From: a virus
Lineage: Duplodnaviria > Caudoviricetes
Strand: one strand, 5' to 3'
Length of the DNA stretch: 59,809 bases
IMG/VR virus record: IMGVR_UViG_3300039307_000389
Span: 1-59,809 of that record
How positions within the stretch are numbered: position 1 is the first letter of the stretch; every line of letters begins with the position of its first letter. Both the position numbers and the translations under genes were made by a program. The notes under the pieces are model-generated. The model was not told where the DNA came from. It ran no database searches and saw only the letters and a list, made by a program, of their open reading frames with translations. Shown piece after piece: positions 46,165-54,535 of the stretch.

Positions 46165-46975
46165 AAAGTACCGCCCCAAGCACCTCGCGGACTTCGCCGG
46201 TTTATCCGGCCCGCGCGCCGTGCTTAGCAAGTTCGCCGCCGGCCCGTATAGCGCCGCCTGGCTGCTCGTCGGCGCCGCCGGAACGGGGAAGACTACGATG
46301 GCTTTCGCGCTCGCGGAAGAGATCGGAGGCGAGATCCACCACATACCCTCGCGCAATTGCGACCTCGAAACCGTGGAGCGTACCTGCGCCTCGTGTCACT
46401 ACCACCCCTGGGCGGGAAACTGGCACACCGTTATCGTGGACGAAGCGGACCAAATGAGCCGCCCCGCGCAACTCGCGTTCCTCTCGAAGTTGGACAGCGC
46501 GGCGCCTCCGCCCGATACGGTGTTCCTCTTCACGGCGAACGATACCGCGCTCCTGGAGAAGCGGTTCATTAGCCGTACGCGCGTGCTTCGCTTTAGCCTG
46601 GAATCCGAAACCGCCTCCGCTATCGCCTACCTGGAGCGCATCTGGAGCGCGGAAACCGCGGCCCCGGCCCCCGACTTCGCCGCGCTGCTACGCGACAGCG
46701 AATACAATCTAAGGGACGCCCTTATGCGGATCGAAATCGAACTGGTAGCGCCTGGCTCGTACCGCCCGAACGCCGAAACGTCTCCGGCGTGCGCTCCCGT
46801 TCTAGCGCGTCCGAGTCACCGCCGCCCGGCCACTCCGCCGGCCCCCGGTCGTTTCGCCTGCCCGAATTGCGCCGCCCCGAGCGCTAACCGCCAAGGGATC
46901 GTAGCGCACATGCGGATGGTGCATAAATTCAGCAAGCCCCAGTGGGTCGCGGCGATGGCTGCCGCGGGGATGTAG
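46148..46975 (+). CDS. Clamp-loader-clade AAA+ ATPase with a C-terminal C2H2 zinc finger
   Basis: LVEKYRPKHLADFAG, Walker A GAAGTGKTT, Walker B IVDEAD, SRT (SRC-like), CPNC...HMRMVH. Confidence 0.85.
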   Translation: MQPLVEKYRPKHLADFAGLSGPRAVLSKFAAGPYSAAWLLVGAAGTGKTTMAFALAEEIGGEIHHIPSRNCDLETVERTCASCHYHPWAGNWHTVIVDEADQMSRPAQLAFLSKLDSAAPPPDTVFLFTANDTALLEKRFISRTRVLRFSLESETASAIAYLERIWSAETAAPAPDFAALLRDSEYNLRDALMRIEIELVAPGSYRPNAETSPACAPVLARPSHRRPATPPAPGRFACPNCAAPSANRQGIVAHMRMVHKFSKPQWVAAMAAAGM

Positions 46976-46984
46976 GGGGAGTCT

Positions 46985-47416
46985 ATGCTTCCCCTCTTCG
47001 ACCCTCCCTGCCAGTCCCCCACGCGCACCGTGGTTGCCTCCGCCTGCCGTTGCGGGGAGCGCTGCCTTTGGAACGGCGAGCGCCGCGCGAAGTCTACTGT
47101 TATCCGCAGGCTCGAAGCGGACGGCGTGCGGGTAGTCCCGGTGTGCCCGGAAATGCTCGGCGGGTTGCCCTGCCCGCGCCCTCCGGTGAAGTCGAAGCGC
47201 GGGCGGGTATTCGAGACGGACCCGGAAACGCGGAAGACCTTCGGCGCCGAGCGCACGGAAGAATTTACGCGCGGGGCGGAGACGGCCGTCTCTATCGCCC
47301 TCGGAATGGGCGCCACCGAGGCGTACCTACAGCGGTTCTCGCCCTCCTGCTCGCCTACGGGGATCGCCGGCCGCGCGTTCGCCGCGGCTGGAATAAAGGT
47401 GGTCCCTATCTGGTAG
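46985..47416 (+). CDS. DUF523 / TudS thiouracil desulfidase-like protein
   Basis: SACRCGERC, PVCPEMLGGLPCPRPP, FTRGAE, SPSC. Confidence 0.85.
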   Translation: MLPLFDPPCQSPTRTVVASACRCGERCLWNGERRAKSTVIRRLEADGVRVVPVCPEMLGGLPCPRPPVKSKRGRVFETDPETRKTFGAERTEEFTRGAETAVSIALGMGATEAYLQRFSPSCSPTGIAGRAFAAAGIKVVPIW

Positions 47417-47420
47417 GACG

Positions 47421-48698
47421 TTAGCTCTCGTAATCGCCCGCCTCGAACTTTTCCTGCCCTTTATCGGCGGCTGCCAAGAATCCGAAGTGGCCGCCCTCCG
47501 GGTTAATCATCTGCCACGCACCCGGCCCGAACCGCTCTTCAAGTTCCCGTAGTTCTCTCCACACATCCGGGAAGGTCGCCCGAATCGCGGCGTAGGCCTG
47601 CGGCTTTTGGCCCGGACAAATCCTACAGGCGGTACGGCACAGCCCGCGCGAATACCCGTCCCACGCTGGAAGGCCCGCTTCTTCGAGGAGCTTACCGCTC
47701 GTTTCCTTATCGCTGAAGTAGAGCGGCTGGAAGTACTTGTATTTCTCCATCCGCTCGACTACCAGAAACCGGCTCTCGTTTCGCTTTCCGGAAGCCGCGC
47801 GCTCCGAGAGTCTGCCACCGCGCAGGATCGCGATTTCATCCGCGCCGTGCGTGAGCATGTAATCGTCCAACGGCTGGTGCAGATTGTCGTGGCAGTACGG
47901 ATGTCCGAAGTGCGGCCATTGGCCCTTTTCGAGCATCGTGTCCAGAACGGTGCGCTTCGAGCGCAAGACCACCAGCGGTACGCCGAGGAACCGCGCCGCA
48001 TCGTGCAGGTACAGGTGGAATCCGACGTAATCGGCGCCGAGGTCCACGAACAATAGCTCGGTCGGGTTGTCGGGGAAATAGTGCCGCGCCCAGACGGCCG
48101 CCGCGCTCGAATCCTTGCCGCCGGAATACTCTACCAGTAGTTTGCGGCCCGCCAAGATCGCGCGCTCTTCTTCGGTGGGTTCTAGGTCACCCACGCAACC
48201 GCCCTTGATGGTGTCGGGCTTGAACGTCTCGCCTGCGGGTTCTTCCGCGCCGCCGGACCCGTCCGTGAGATCGGCCAGCAGGGAATCGAGGGACGGCCCG
48301 AGGTCTTGCCCGATTTCGCTGGTTCGCAATTCGGCCAGCAGGGAGTTCAACTTCTTTTCGTCTTTCTCCGCCTGGGCCGATATCGGGTCCATCGTCGCTA
48401 GGACCAGCGCCTCTTCCTCTTCGGTGAGGTCAACGTACAGAACCGGAACCGACTCGCCGGCCGCCTTCGCCATCTCCACGCGAAGATGCCCGTCTACCAG
48501 AAACCCCGTCCGCTGGTTCACTACGACGTTTTGGACCCATCCCACCTTATCGAGCACGCCGCCGAGCGCTTCGCGCTGCGCCGGCGGGTGCAGCCGCCAG
48601 TTCTTCGGGTTGGCGAGGAGCGTAGCGGCATCCTCGACGCCAGAGCCGACGATTCGGCTGCGCCAAGCTACCGAGCTGGTTTTGCGACCTTTTGGCAT
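47421..48698 (-). CDS. ParB-like domain fused to a PAPS-reductase-family (PP-loop) domain
   Basis: NPKNWRLHP...LVDGHLRV (ParB/Srx); YSGGKDSSA, PYCH, GGRLSER, RTACRICP. Confidence 0.85.
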   Translation of the reverse strand: MPKGRKTSSVAWRSRIVGSGVEDAATLLANPKNWRLHPPAQREALGGVLDKVGWVQNVVVNQRTGFLVDGHLRVEMAKAAGESVPVLYVDLTEEEEALVLATMDPISAQAEKDEKKLNSLLAELRTSEIGQDLGPSLDSLLADLTDGSGGAEEPAGETFKPDTIKGGCVGDLEPTEEERAILAGRKLLVEYSGGKDSSAAAVWARHYFPDNPTELLFVDLGADYVGFHLYLHDAARFLGVPLVVLRSKRTVLDTMLEKGQWPHFGHPYCHDNLHQPLDDYMLTHGADEIAILRGGRLSERAASGKRNESRFLVVERMEKYKYFQPLYFSDKETSGKLLEEAGLPAWDGYSRGLCRTACRICPGQKPQAYAAIRATFPDVWRELRELEERFGPGAWQMINPEGGHFGFLAAADKGQEKFEAGDYES

Positions 48699-48699
48699 G

Positions 48700-48805
48700 G
48701 TTTACGCCCCTGTAAACCGGCTATGTAAACCGGGTTTACGCTATACGTCTACGCACAACGCGCGATATATTAACCCGCCCGCCTTAGGAGGGTAGACAGG
48801 ACCCG
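48700..48805 (-). promoter_or_regulatory. Putative cos / packaging site
   Basis: GGGTCCT (identical to lambda cosQ) at 48804-48798, then GCGGGCGGGT, then four GTTTAC/GTAAAC boxes at 48700-48739. Confidence 0.55.
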
Positions 48806-48942
48806 TAATTCAGTGTTTGCAACAACTTCGACGCGCATAGTCACTACGCCTTTCGAGCCCTTCGCAACTCCAGATCCCAGAGCAGGGAGTCGAGCCAATC
48901 CAGGAGCGCTCCCCATGTCCACGCCTCTAACCGCCACATCGT

Positions 48943-49296
48943 TTACACCCCTCGGAGAGTCGGCAGGATTGCCCCCCACCAGCGCCGTATCACCGTCCGG
49001 TCGGGAGAGTCGTTCATCAGTCCAATGGCCCCTGATATTCGTTGCAGGATAGCTTCCCCATCGACGGCGGGAGGAGCGGCCCTTTCAGGCTGGGGAGCAG
49101 GCGGAGGGAACGGAGGCGGAGGACACCGCTTTGGCATCGGAGGCCAAGCCTTATGCAGGACCGTGACCGCATACGGCGCCCTCGCCGGAACTCCGGAGCC
49201 GCCCGTAGGCGGAGTCGGGTTTAGCGGGGAGTGGGTCACATCGGGTTGATACCCCGAGCCCGTGTACCTCCGAAGCGCGTCATCAGCACGTTCCAT
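48943..49296 (-). CDS. Pro-rich hypothetical protein
   Basis: AAGG RBS; within the operon. Confidence 0.4.
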   Translation of the reverse strand: MERADDALRRYTGSGYQPDVTHSPLNPTPPTGGSGVPARAPYAVTVLHKAWPPMPKRCPPPPFPPPAPQPERAAPPAVDGEAILQRISGAIGLMNDSPDRTVIRRWWGAILPTLRGV

Positions 49297-49313
49297 TCGC
49301 CTTATCCTTCCCG

Positions 49314-49592
49314 TCAGTACAGATCGTCCGAGTAGTGTGGGCAGCCCCGGCGACAGTGCTCCCCCTGCTGGGGTGGATGCCTCTTGACGCTCTCTGCTAC
49401 GCGCATGATCGCCGCTTCCAGCGTTGCGCCGTCCACCGCAAACGATCCGTGGCTCCCGATGCCGTGGTGTACGTGCCAGTCGTAGAACCAGATGCGCCAG
49501 GTGCTGGATGATGGGAAGTAGTCGATGTGCGGGTTACCGTACCGGGACGCCAGCAGGTTCAGGTTGCTATTGACGTTCCTACCCGTGCTCAC
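49314..49592 (-). CDS. Hypothetical protein
   Basis: GTGA overlap with the upstream gene. Confidence 0.55.
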   Translation of the reverse strand: MSTGRNVNSNLNLLASRYGNPHIDYFPSSSTWRIWFYDWHVHHGIGSHGSFAVDGATLEAAIMRVAESVKRHPPQQGEHCRRGCPHYSDDLY

Positions 49593-49954
49593 TTGCCCGT
49601 CTCCCTGTCGTAGCGCGCGTTATAGCGCTTGATCGAAGCCTCTATGTCCACGCCGTACCGATCCTCGAACTTCGCCTTGCCCAGCGCTTCTATCGAGGAC
49701 TCAGGGCCAGCCTGTATCTGGTGGAACTCGGGAGCCAAGGGCAACGTGCGCCTGTCGTCTTTCGGCTCTCCGAACCGTCGAACGTGGTGTACCGTGGCGC
49801 GCCGGCCGGATATCATGCACGGTTGCTTCGCTATCCACGCCAGGTACGCCTTATCGACGCCACGCCCGCGCCGCGGCTTGCTGCGCCGAGCCTTTACGCG
49901 CTTCATTCCAAAGATGGCCATTAACGCATCCGCCGCGCCGTACTCATTCGCCAT
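49589..49954 (-). CDS. Ref/DUF968-like HNH-type nuclease
   Basis: YLAWIAKQPCMISG...HHVR...TLPLAPEFHQ...FEDRYG. Confidence 0.75.
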   Translation of the reverse strand: MANEYGAADALMAIFGMKRVKARRSKPRRGRGVDKAYLAWIAKQPCMISGRRATVHHVRRFGEPKDDRRTLPLAPEFHQIQAGPESSIEALGKAKFEDRYGVDIEASIKRYNARYDRETGK

Positions 49955-50414
49955 CGGGACCATCCGAGGTTGGGGGGACAATCGTAACGAACTCGCGTGT
50001 TTGAATGCGCCTCAGTACGGACACCAAAAGGCGGATCTCATCGCGTACAGCGTCGATCTCCCTGTTTCGGTAGGCGGCTTTTACGATCACGCGCGTGTGG
50101 TTCTCGCCGATCTCCACTAGGCCCCATCCGTCCGTCAACTCTTCGGGCTTGATCGTTCCCTTGGGGGCCATGTAATATCGGTAGTCCCCAAGCCCTACAC
50201 CGGGAATGCGCCGACTGATCTTCTCCCGATCCGCTAAGAAGTCGGGGCGGGATGCCTTGCATTCGACCAGCACAGAGTGGCCGTTCTTCCATCCGATGGC
50301 GTCCGCAATCTCGTTACTGGAAACGCACGCGACCACCTCAACGGCAACGGCTCCGCAGTGCTCCCTCCCTCTAAGCCAAGAGGAGGCCTTGCGGACAACA
50401 TCCCGATGCGTCAT
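49944..50414 (-). CDS. PD-(D/E)XK-type (MmcB-like) nuclease
   Basis: EIADAIGW...VLVECKASRPDFLAD...YRYY...WGLV. Confidence 0.7.
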   Translation of the reverse strand: MTHRDVVRKASSWLRGREHCGAVAVEVVACVSSNEIADAIGWKNGHSVLVECKASRPDFLADREKISRRIPGVGLGDYRYYMAPKGTIKPEELTDGWGLVEIGENHTRVIVKAAYRNREIDAVRDEIRLLVSVLRRIQTREFVTIVPPTSDGPDGE

Positions 50415-50803
50415 ACCGCCTCGCCCGCACCGCCACGAAAGCGCTCCGTTCGGGACAAGTGGCTCAAGTAGAGCTTTTTGTCTTTCAGGATCATGTCGGC
50501 GAGTTTGCGGCGCGCCGGCCAGGGCAGGGAGTCAATAAAGAGTTCAAGTTGCGCTGTGGAGCACTTCGGGCAGAGGTCCACGCGCTTATGGATCGTGTCC
50601 CTATCGCCGGCTCCGTCCATTTCGGTGTCCACGGCAAAGGAAAATCCGTGCGCATCCGGCTTCCCGCACAGATCGCAGTACGTTACCGTCTTCTCCATCA
50701 CCGCTCCCCTTCTCGGCCACAACGCAAGCAACTCAGCGAACACCCTCCGGTCCCTTCGCAAGCGCGCCGCACGCGCCACTCCTGCCAGGTCGTAGGGGTT
50801 CAC
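50411..50803 (-). CDS. Zn-ribbon hypothetical protein
   Basis: YCDLCG...DLCPKC; start uncertain (50803 or 50698). Confidence 0.55.
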   Translation of the reverse strand: MNPYDLAGVARAARLRRDRRVFAELLALWPRRGAVMEKTVTYCDLCGKPDAHGFSFAVDTEMDGAGDRDTIHKRVDLCPKCSTAQLELFIDSLPWPARRKLADMILKDKKLYLSHLSRTERFRGGAGEAV

Positions 50804-50933
50804 CCGCGGAACCGTTCCGCTATCGCGAACTCGATCTTTGCTATCTGGTCTGTCAGCCACTGCCGTCTACGCTCCAGCGCCGCCAGTTCAGCCATCACCG
50901 GATCGACATACGGTCGGCATTTGTGCCAGGTTT

Positions 50934-51335
50934 TCATGGGGCCATCTCGCGGGGCGGCGGAATCGCGCAACTGCACTCAGCCGCAAGCTGCACAATTCGT
51001 TCGATGAACTCGCCGTACTGCGCATCGTCGAGGTCTTCAGTTGACGGGATTACCGGCAGGCCTGCTTTATCGACCGTCTCGCCATCCCAGAGCAACTTCA
51101 GCTTCAGAATGACTTTCATCTCCGCCGGCGCATGACCGCAGTACTCAGCGAAGATCGGTATTACGACGCCATGCAGATACCGGCGCTTATTGCCGCTTAA
51201 GTGCCTGCGTTCCTTGCGGATCGTAAGCTCGAAGCGTTTCCCCTCCAGCGTGGCAGCGTAAACGTCGAATTGGCGGCGCTGCTCGAAGTGCAGGCGCCCG
51301 TCACTGACAAAACCGTGCCATATCGGAGTAGGCAT
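50934..51335 (-). CDS. NinB/YbcN-like protein
   Basis: KRRYLHGVVI...STEDLD...EFIERI. Confidence 0.65.
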   Translation of the reverse strand: MPTPIWHGFVSDGRLHFEQRRQFDVYAATLEGKRFELTIRKERRHLSGNKRRYLHGVVIPIFAEYCGHAPAEMKVILKLKLLWDGETVDKAGLPVIPSTEDLDDAQYGEFIERIVQLAAECSCAIPPPREMAP

Positions 51336-51348
51336 TCAAAAGACCGGC

Positions 51349-52220
51349 GCGGGGAGGATTGGATCTCAGATCCGTATACCTCCCCGCTATTGTGCGAACG
51401 GGATTTAACGCTCTTGGATGGCCCGGCATCTGGCCCGGTGTTTCTGATGGATTTCCGGTCCACTTCGTAACTGCTCCGGATGTTTAACGCTGCGATGCCG
51501 GGTCCCGAAACGCTCTCGCTGTGGTTTATAGAATTTCAAGGTGTTCAGCGCCGGTCTCTCCCGGCTTGTCACGTCTGGATAACGGTCCCCGCTGCTTGCC
51601 TGATCGACGTTCCCGTGGCGACTCTACCCCGTGCGGGTTTGGGGGGCTTCGGCATCGGCATCCCTAAGCCATTCACTTGACTGGCATCCGTTCTCACCAG
51701 TGCGCGGCCGACGAATAGATCAAATCAGCGGGGCTGGAATCGGTCGATACTTCAGCCTATCCAGCCCCTTTCGTGTTTATTCTTGGGTGGGGTGCGATCC
51801 AGTAACGCCTTTCTGTGACCGCCGGCCCAAAGGCGATGATGCGCCGCTCTACCCCACCGCATCCGGTTAGAGACTCTCCGGAACTGGCCGATAGTCCATC
51901 AGGACACCGGAGGCCAACCCGTTCAGGTGAGGGTTGCTATCCACCCTCGAAGTCTTGGCTATCCAGGCCGCCCATTACGCCTTTGCGCTCATCGCGCGAT
52001 GTCGTATAACCGCTACGACCAAACGGTGCGGTTGCAGATTTACGTCGTCTGGGCTACCGCCAATCGCTGACGCTGCGGAACGGGTTTCCCCGTCCCCGAG
52101 GATGGCAGTGCAGATTTGAACTGCCGCCCCACTCTTCCCGCCAAAGAAGAGCCAGGCTGATCCGCTACGCGCCCCTGCGTCTCGGATCGCGCTGAGCCAC
52201 CCAGCGCATCCCTGCCATCC
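51349..52220 (-). ncRNA. Candidate large structured non-coding RNA including a tRNA-like element
   Basis: No convincing ORF over 51340-52040; more than 12 consecutive hairpins; T-arm GCAG-TTCAAAT-CTGC inside a 9 bp closing stem at 52100-52220. Boundaries approximate. Confidence 0.5.
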
Positions 52221-52389
52221 AAACCCCTACCAGCCGTCCGAATTAAAGACCGCAGATTCGGCGGTGGGTAGTAATCCCTGAGATCCTCGCCCGCGTCAAT
52301 CAGTTTGATGAGCCTGTTTTCAATCGACTGCGCGCGAGCGTAAGCGTGAGGATCGACAGACTCCAGCGTTACCGCGCCCGATGGTTGGC

Positions 52390-52707
52390 TCACTTCTGCA
52401 ACCCCCGGAGCATTTCTTCCTCCGCCTCGTGATCGTGTGCGATTCGGTTTCGATTCCGCTCCGCGCTCGCGTTGTATCCGCCGCGGTCCAGCAGTTGCAG
52501 GAACGGCGCCGAGCAAGCCTCTTCGATATCGGACCAAAACGCATCGAGAACGCCGCGCGTGATCCGGCGCGCTTCCCGCTCCGTGCTCACAGCATCGAGC
52601 GCAGTTGGGATGTCCGCCGTCTCGCGATCCACCAGCACGGCCGGGTAAGTGTTCCCCGATGGGGAGGTAGATGGGGGGATTTTGCGCTCTGGGAATTGGA
52701 AGCTCAT
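52390..52707 (-). CDS. Hypothetical protein
   Basis: 105 aa ORF after the sigma-like gene. Confidence 0.55.
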   Translation of the reverse strand: MSFQFPERKIPPSTSPSGNTYPAVLVDRETADIPTALDAVSTEREARRITRGVLDAFWSDIEEACSAPFLQLLDRGGYNASAERNRNRIAHDHEAEEEMLRGLQK

Positions 52708-52716
52708 GGTATAGGA

Positions 52717-53280
52717 CTACTCCGCTTCGTGCGGCCCGAAAGAGCCGTCCGCTTGAGTGTCAGTCCCCCGCATAGTAGTAATAGCTTGAGGGTCGGAAAT
52801 AATAACCCCCGCCCGAATATTTGTTTGAGCTTTTTTCAGGAGGTAGTGAACCGCTGGCTGAGAGATACCCATCTCGACCGCTACGGCCGCCTCGCTAAGG
52901 CCTCCCCAGTACGTGAGCATCACGGCCCGGTACTGGCGCGCCGGCAGGGCCTTCATCGCCTCCCAGAGGTCCAGGTGCGCTCGCTCGGGGCATATCCTGT
53001 GCCCGCCCGACGACATCAGGAGTTCCAGCGGATCATCCACCCGGCCGCGGTTGCGCCGTTCGTTCTTCCGAATCGCGCCGATCATGGCCCGGCGCGCCAC
53101 AATCACCGCCAGCGCCTCTTCCGGTACGATGGCCAGCGCCGCCAACGCCAGGTAGCCCACGGACATCAGTTCGTCGCGCTCTATCCAGCGAAATACCCCG
53201 GTCCTTCCAAGCGGCCCGACCGCGCGCTTGCAGATCGCTACGAAGTCCACACACACCTGTTCCGTTAGAGGTTTTCCCAT
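52717..53280 (-). CDS. Sigma70 region-4 (ECF-like) regulator, probable late activator
   Basis: DELMSVGYLAL; LWEAMKALPARQYRAVML...LSEAAVAVEMGISQPAVHYLLKKA. Confidence 0.8.
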   Translation of the reverse strand: MGKPLTEQVCVDFVAICKRAVGPLGRTGVFRWIERDELMSVGYLALAALAIVPEEALAVIVARRAMIGAIRKNERRNRGRVDDPLELLMSSGGHRICPERAHLDLWEAMKALPARQYRAVMLTYWGGLSEAAVAVEMGISQPAVHYLLKKAQTNIRAGVIISDPQAITTMRGTDTQADGSFGPHEAE

Positions 53281-53345
53281 TGGTTTTCTCAGTAAGAAAC
53301 AAGAACACTTACACTACATAGGGGTTAAGTGCTGGTTAACTTGAG

Positions 53346-54281
53346 TCAACCTGTCAGTTGACTTGGACTCAACTCGCAAGTCGAAAGCAAGTCCAACTCC
53401 GGCTGTTCCTGTGGAGCATCCAGGTACTTGGCCGCATTTCGCTGGGCCTGAGCGAAGTAGCTCTCCTTTAGCTCGAACCCCACCGAGTCTCTTCCCAGTT
53501 CGATGGCCACCACCGCCGTACTCCCGATCCCCATGAACGGATCGCACACCAGCTCTCCGGGGTTCGTGTACAACCTGATGCACCTCCGGATCACTTCCAA
53601 TTGCAGCGGGCAGACGTGCTTCTCTTCGCCGCTTTCGCGCGCCGACTTCCAGCCATCGAGAACATCCGTCTCCCGGATATCGTTCCAAACGCCCCTCGCC
53701 CAGGCGATCCACTCCTCCTGGCTGACCCAGCCTCCTGGGTTCTTTTCCGAGTCGTACAGGCAGCGCACGCGCACCGCGGAGTCTCCCGGCTTCTGGAAGA
53801 TCATCACGTAATCGTTGACGGCCGGAGCGAGCTTCGTTCCGTTCGTGCGGCCCGTCTCGAACATCAGGCAGTGCAGGTTTAGCCGCTTGGCGATGATCTG
53901 GGGGTTCTTGGGTATGCTCACCTCTCCGATCCACTCGAACCCGCCGGCCTCGAACAGATCCACCACGGCGCCGCGAAAGTCGCGCCGGCCCATGTAGCCG
54001 TGCTGATTCTTGTACCGTAGGAGCTGCTGGATGTGGATGCAGACGTTCCGGCCGGGCTTCATCACCCTGAGCAACTGCTCAATGAAGAATCGCATGTGCA
54101 GGCCGAACTGAGACGCGCGCATATCAACGCCGTCCGGGTTATTTCCGATGTCTTCGTTCTTCCCGCTGTACATGAACAGCGCCCCGAACGGGACCGAGGT
54201 CACCGTCAGGTCAACGGACTCCGGCTCCAGGCGCCCGGCCATCCCCGGTATCGTGTCTTCGTTCCAGATTTGAGCCGTCAC
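53346..54281 (-). CDS. N4-C/N6-A DNA methyltransferase (beta class)
   Basis: LTVTSVPF, KHVCPLQ, CDPFMGIGST, GFELKESYF; GTG start overlapping the upstream stop. Confidence 0.9.
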   Translation of the reverse strand: MTAQIWNEDTIPGMAGRLEPESVDLTVTSVPFGALFMYSGKNEDIGNNPDGVDMRASQFGLHMRFFIEQLLRVMKPGRNVCIHIQQLLRYKNQHGYMGRRDFRGAVVDLFEAGGFEWIGEVSIPKNPQIIAKRLNLHCLMFETGRTNGTKLAPAVNDYVMIFQKPGDSAVRVRCLYDSEKNPGGWVSQEEWIAWARGVWNDIRETDVLDGWKSARESGEEKHVCPLQLEVIRRCIRLYTNPGELVCDPFMGIGSTAVVAIELGRDSVGFELKESYFAQAQRNAAKYLDAPQEQPELDLLSTCELSPSQLTG

Positions 54282-54535
54282 TTGCGCCACCGCTTTCTTG
54301 CCATCGCCCGGCGCGCCCTGATAAAGCAATGCCTGTCGATAAGCATCTTCACCGTCTGATTGAAATTCCCGAAGAGCGCCGGCAGCGTCTCCAGGCAGCC
54401 GAGGTTCAGATCATCGCAGTTCGGGCAGGTAGGGAACGCCGTCACCGCCTTACGGATCGACACCGTAGCCCCGCAAATTGCGATCATCTTCGATGCTCGC
54501 TTCGGGGTCTTGTCGCAGTCTGGGCAGTGCGTCAT
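54278..54535 (-). CDS. Cys-rich hypothetical protein
   Basis: CPDC...CPNC; ATGA overlap. Confidence 0.55.
   Translation of the reverse strand: MTHCPDCDKTPKRASKMIAICGATVSIRKAVTAFPTCPNCDDLNLGCLETLPALFGNFNQTVKMLIDRHCFIRARRAMARKRWRK

Noticed and set aside
52040-52393. 117 aa ORF starting at a GTGA overlap
   Set aside because: Not listed as a CDS. The first ~55 codons look plausible but the rest runs through the tRNA-like structure; unresolved.
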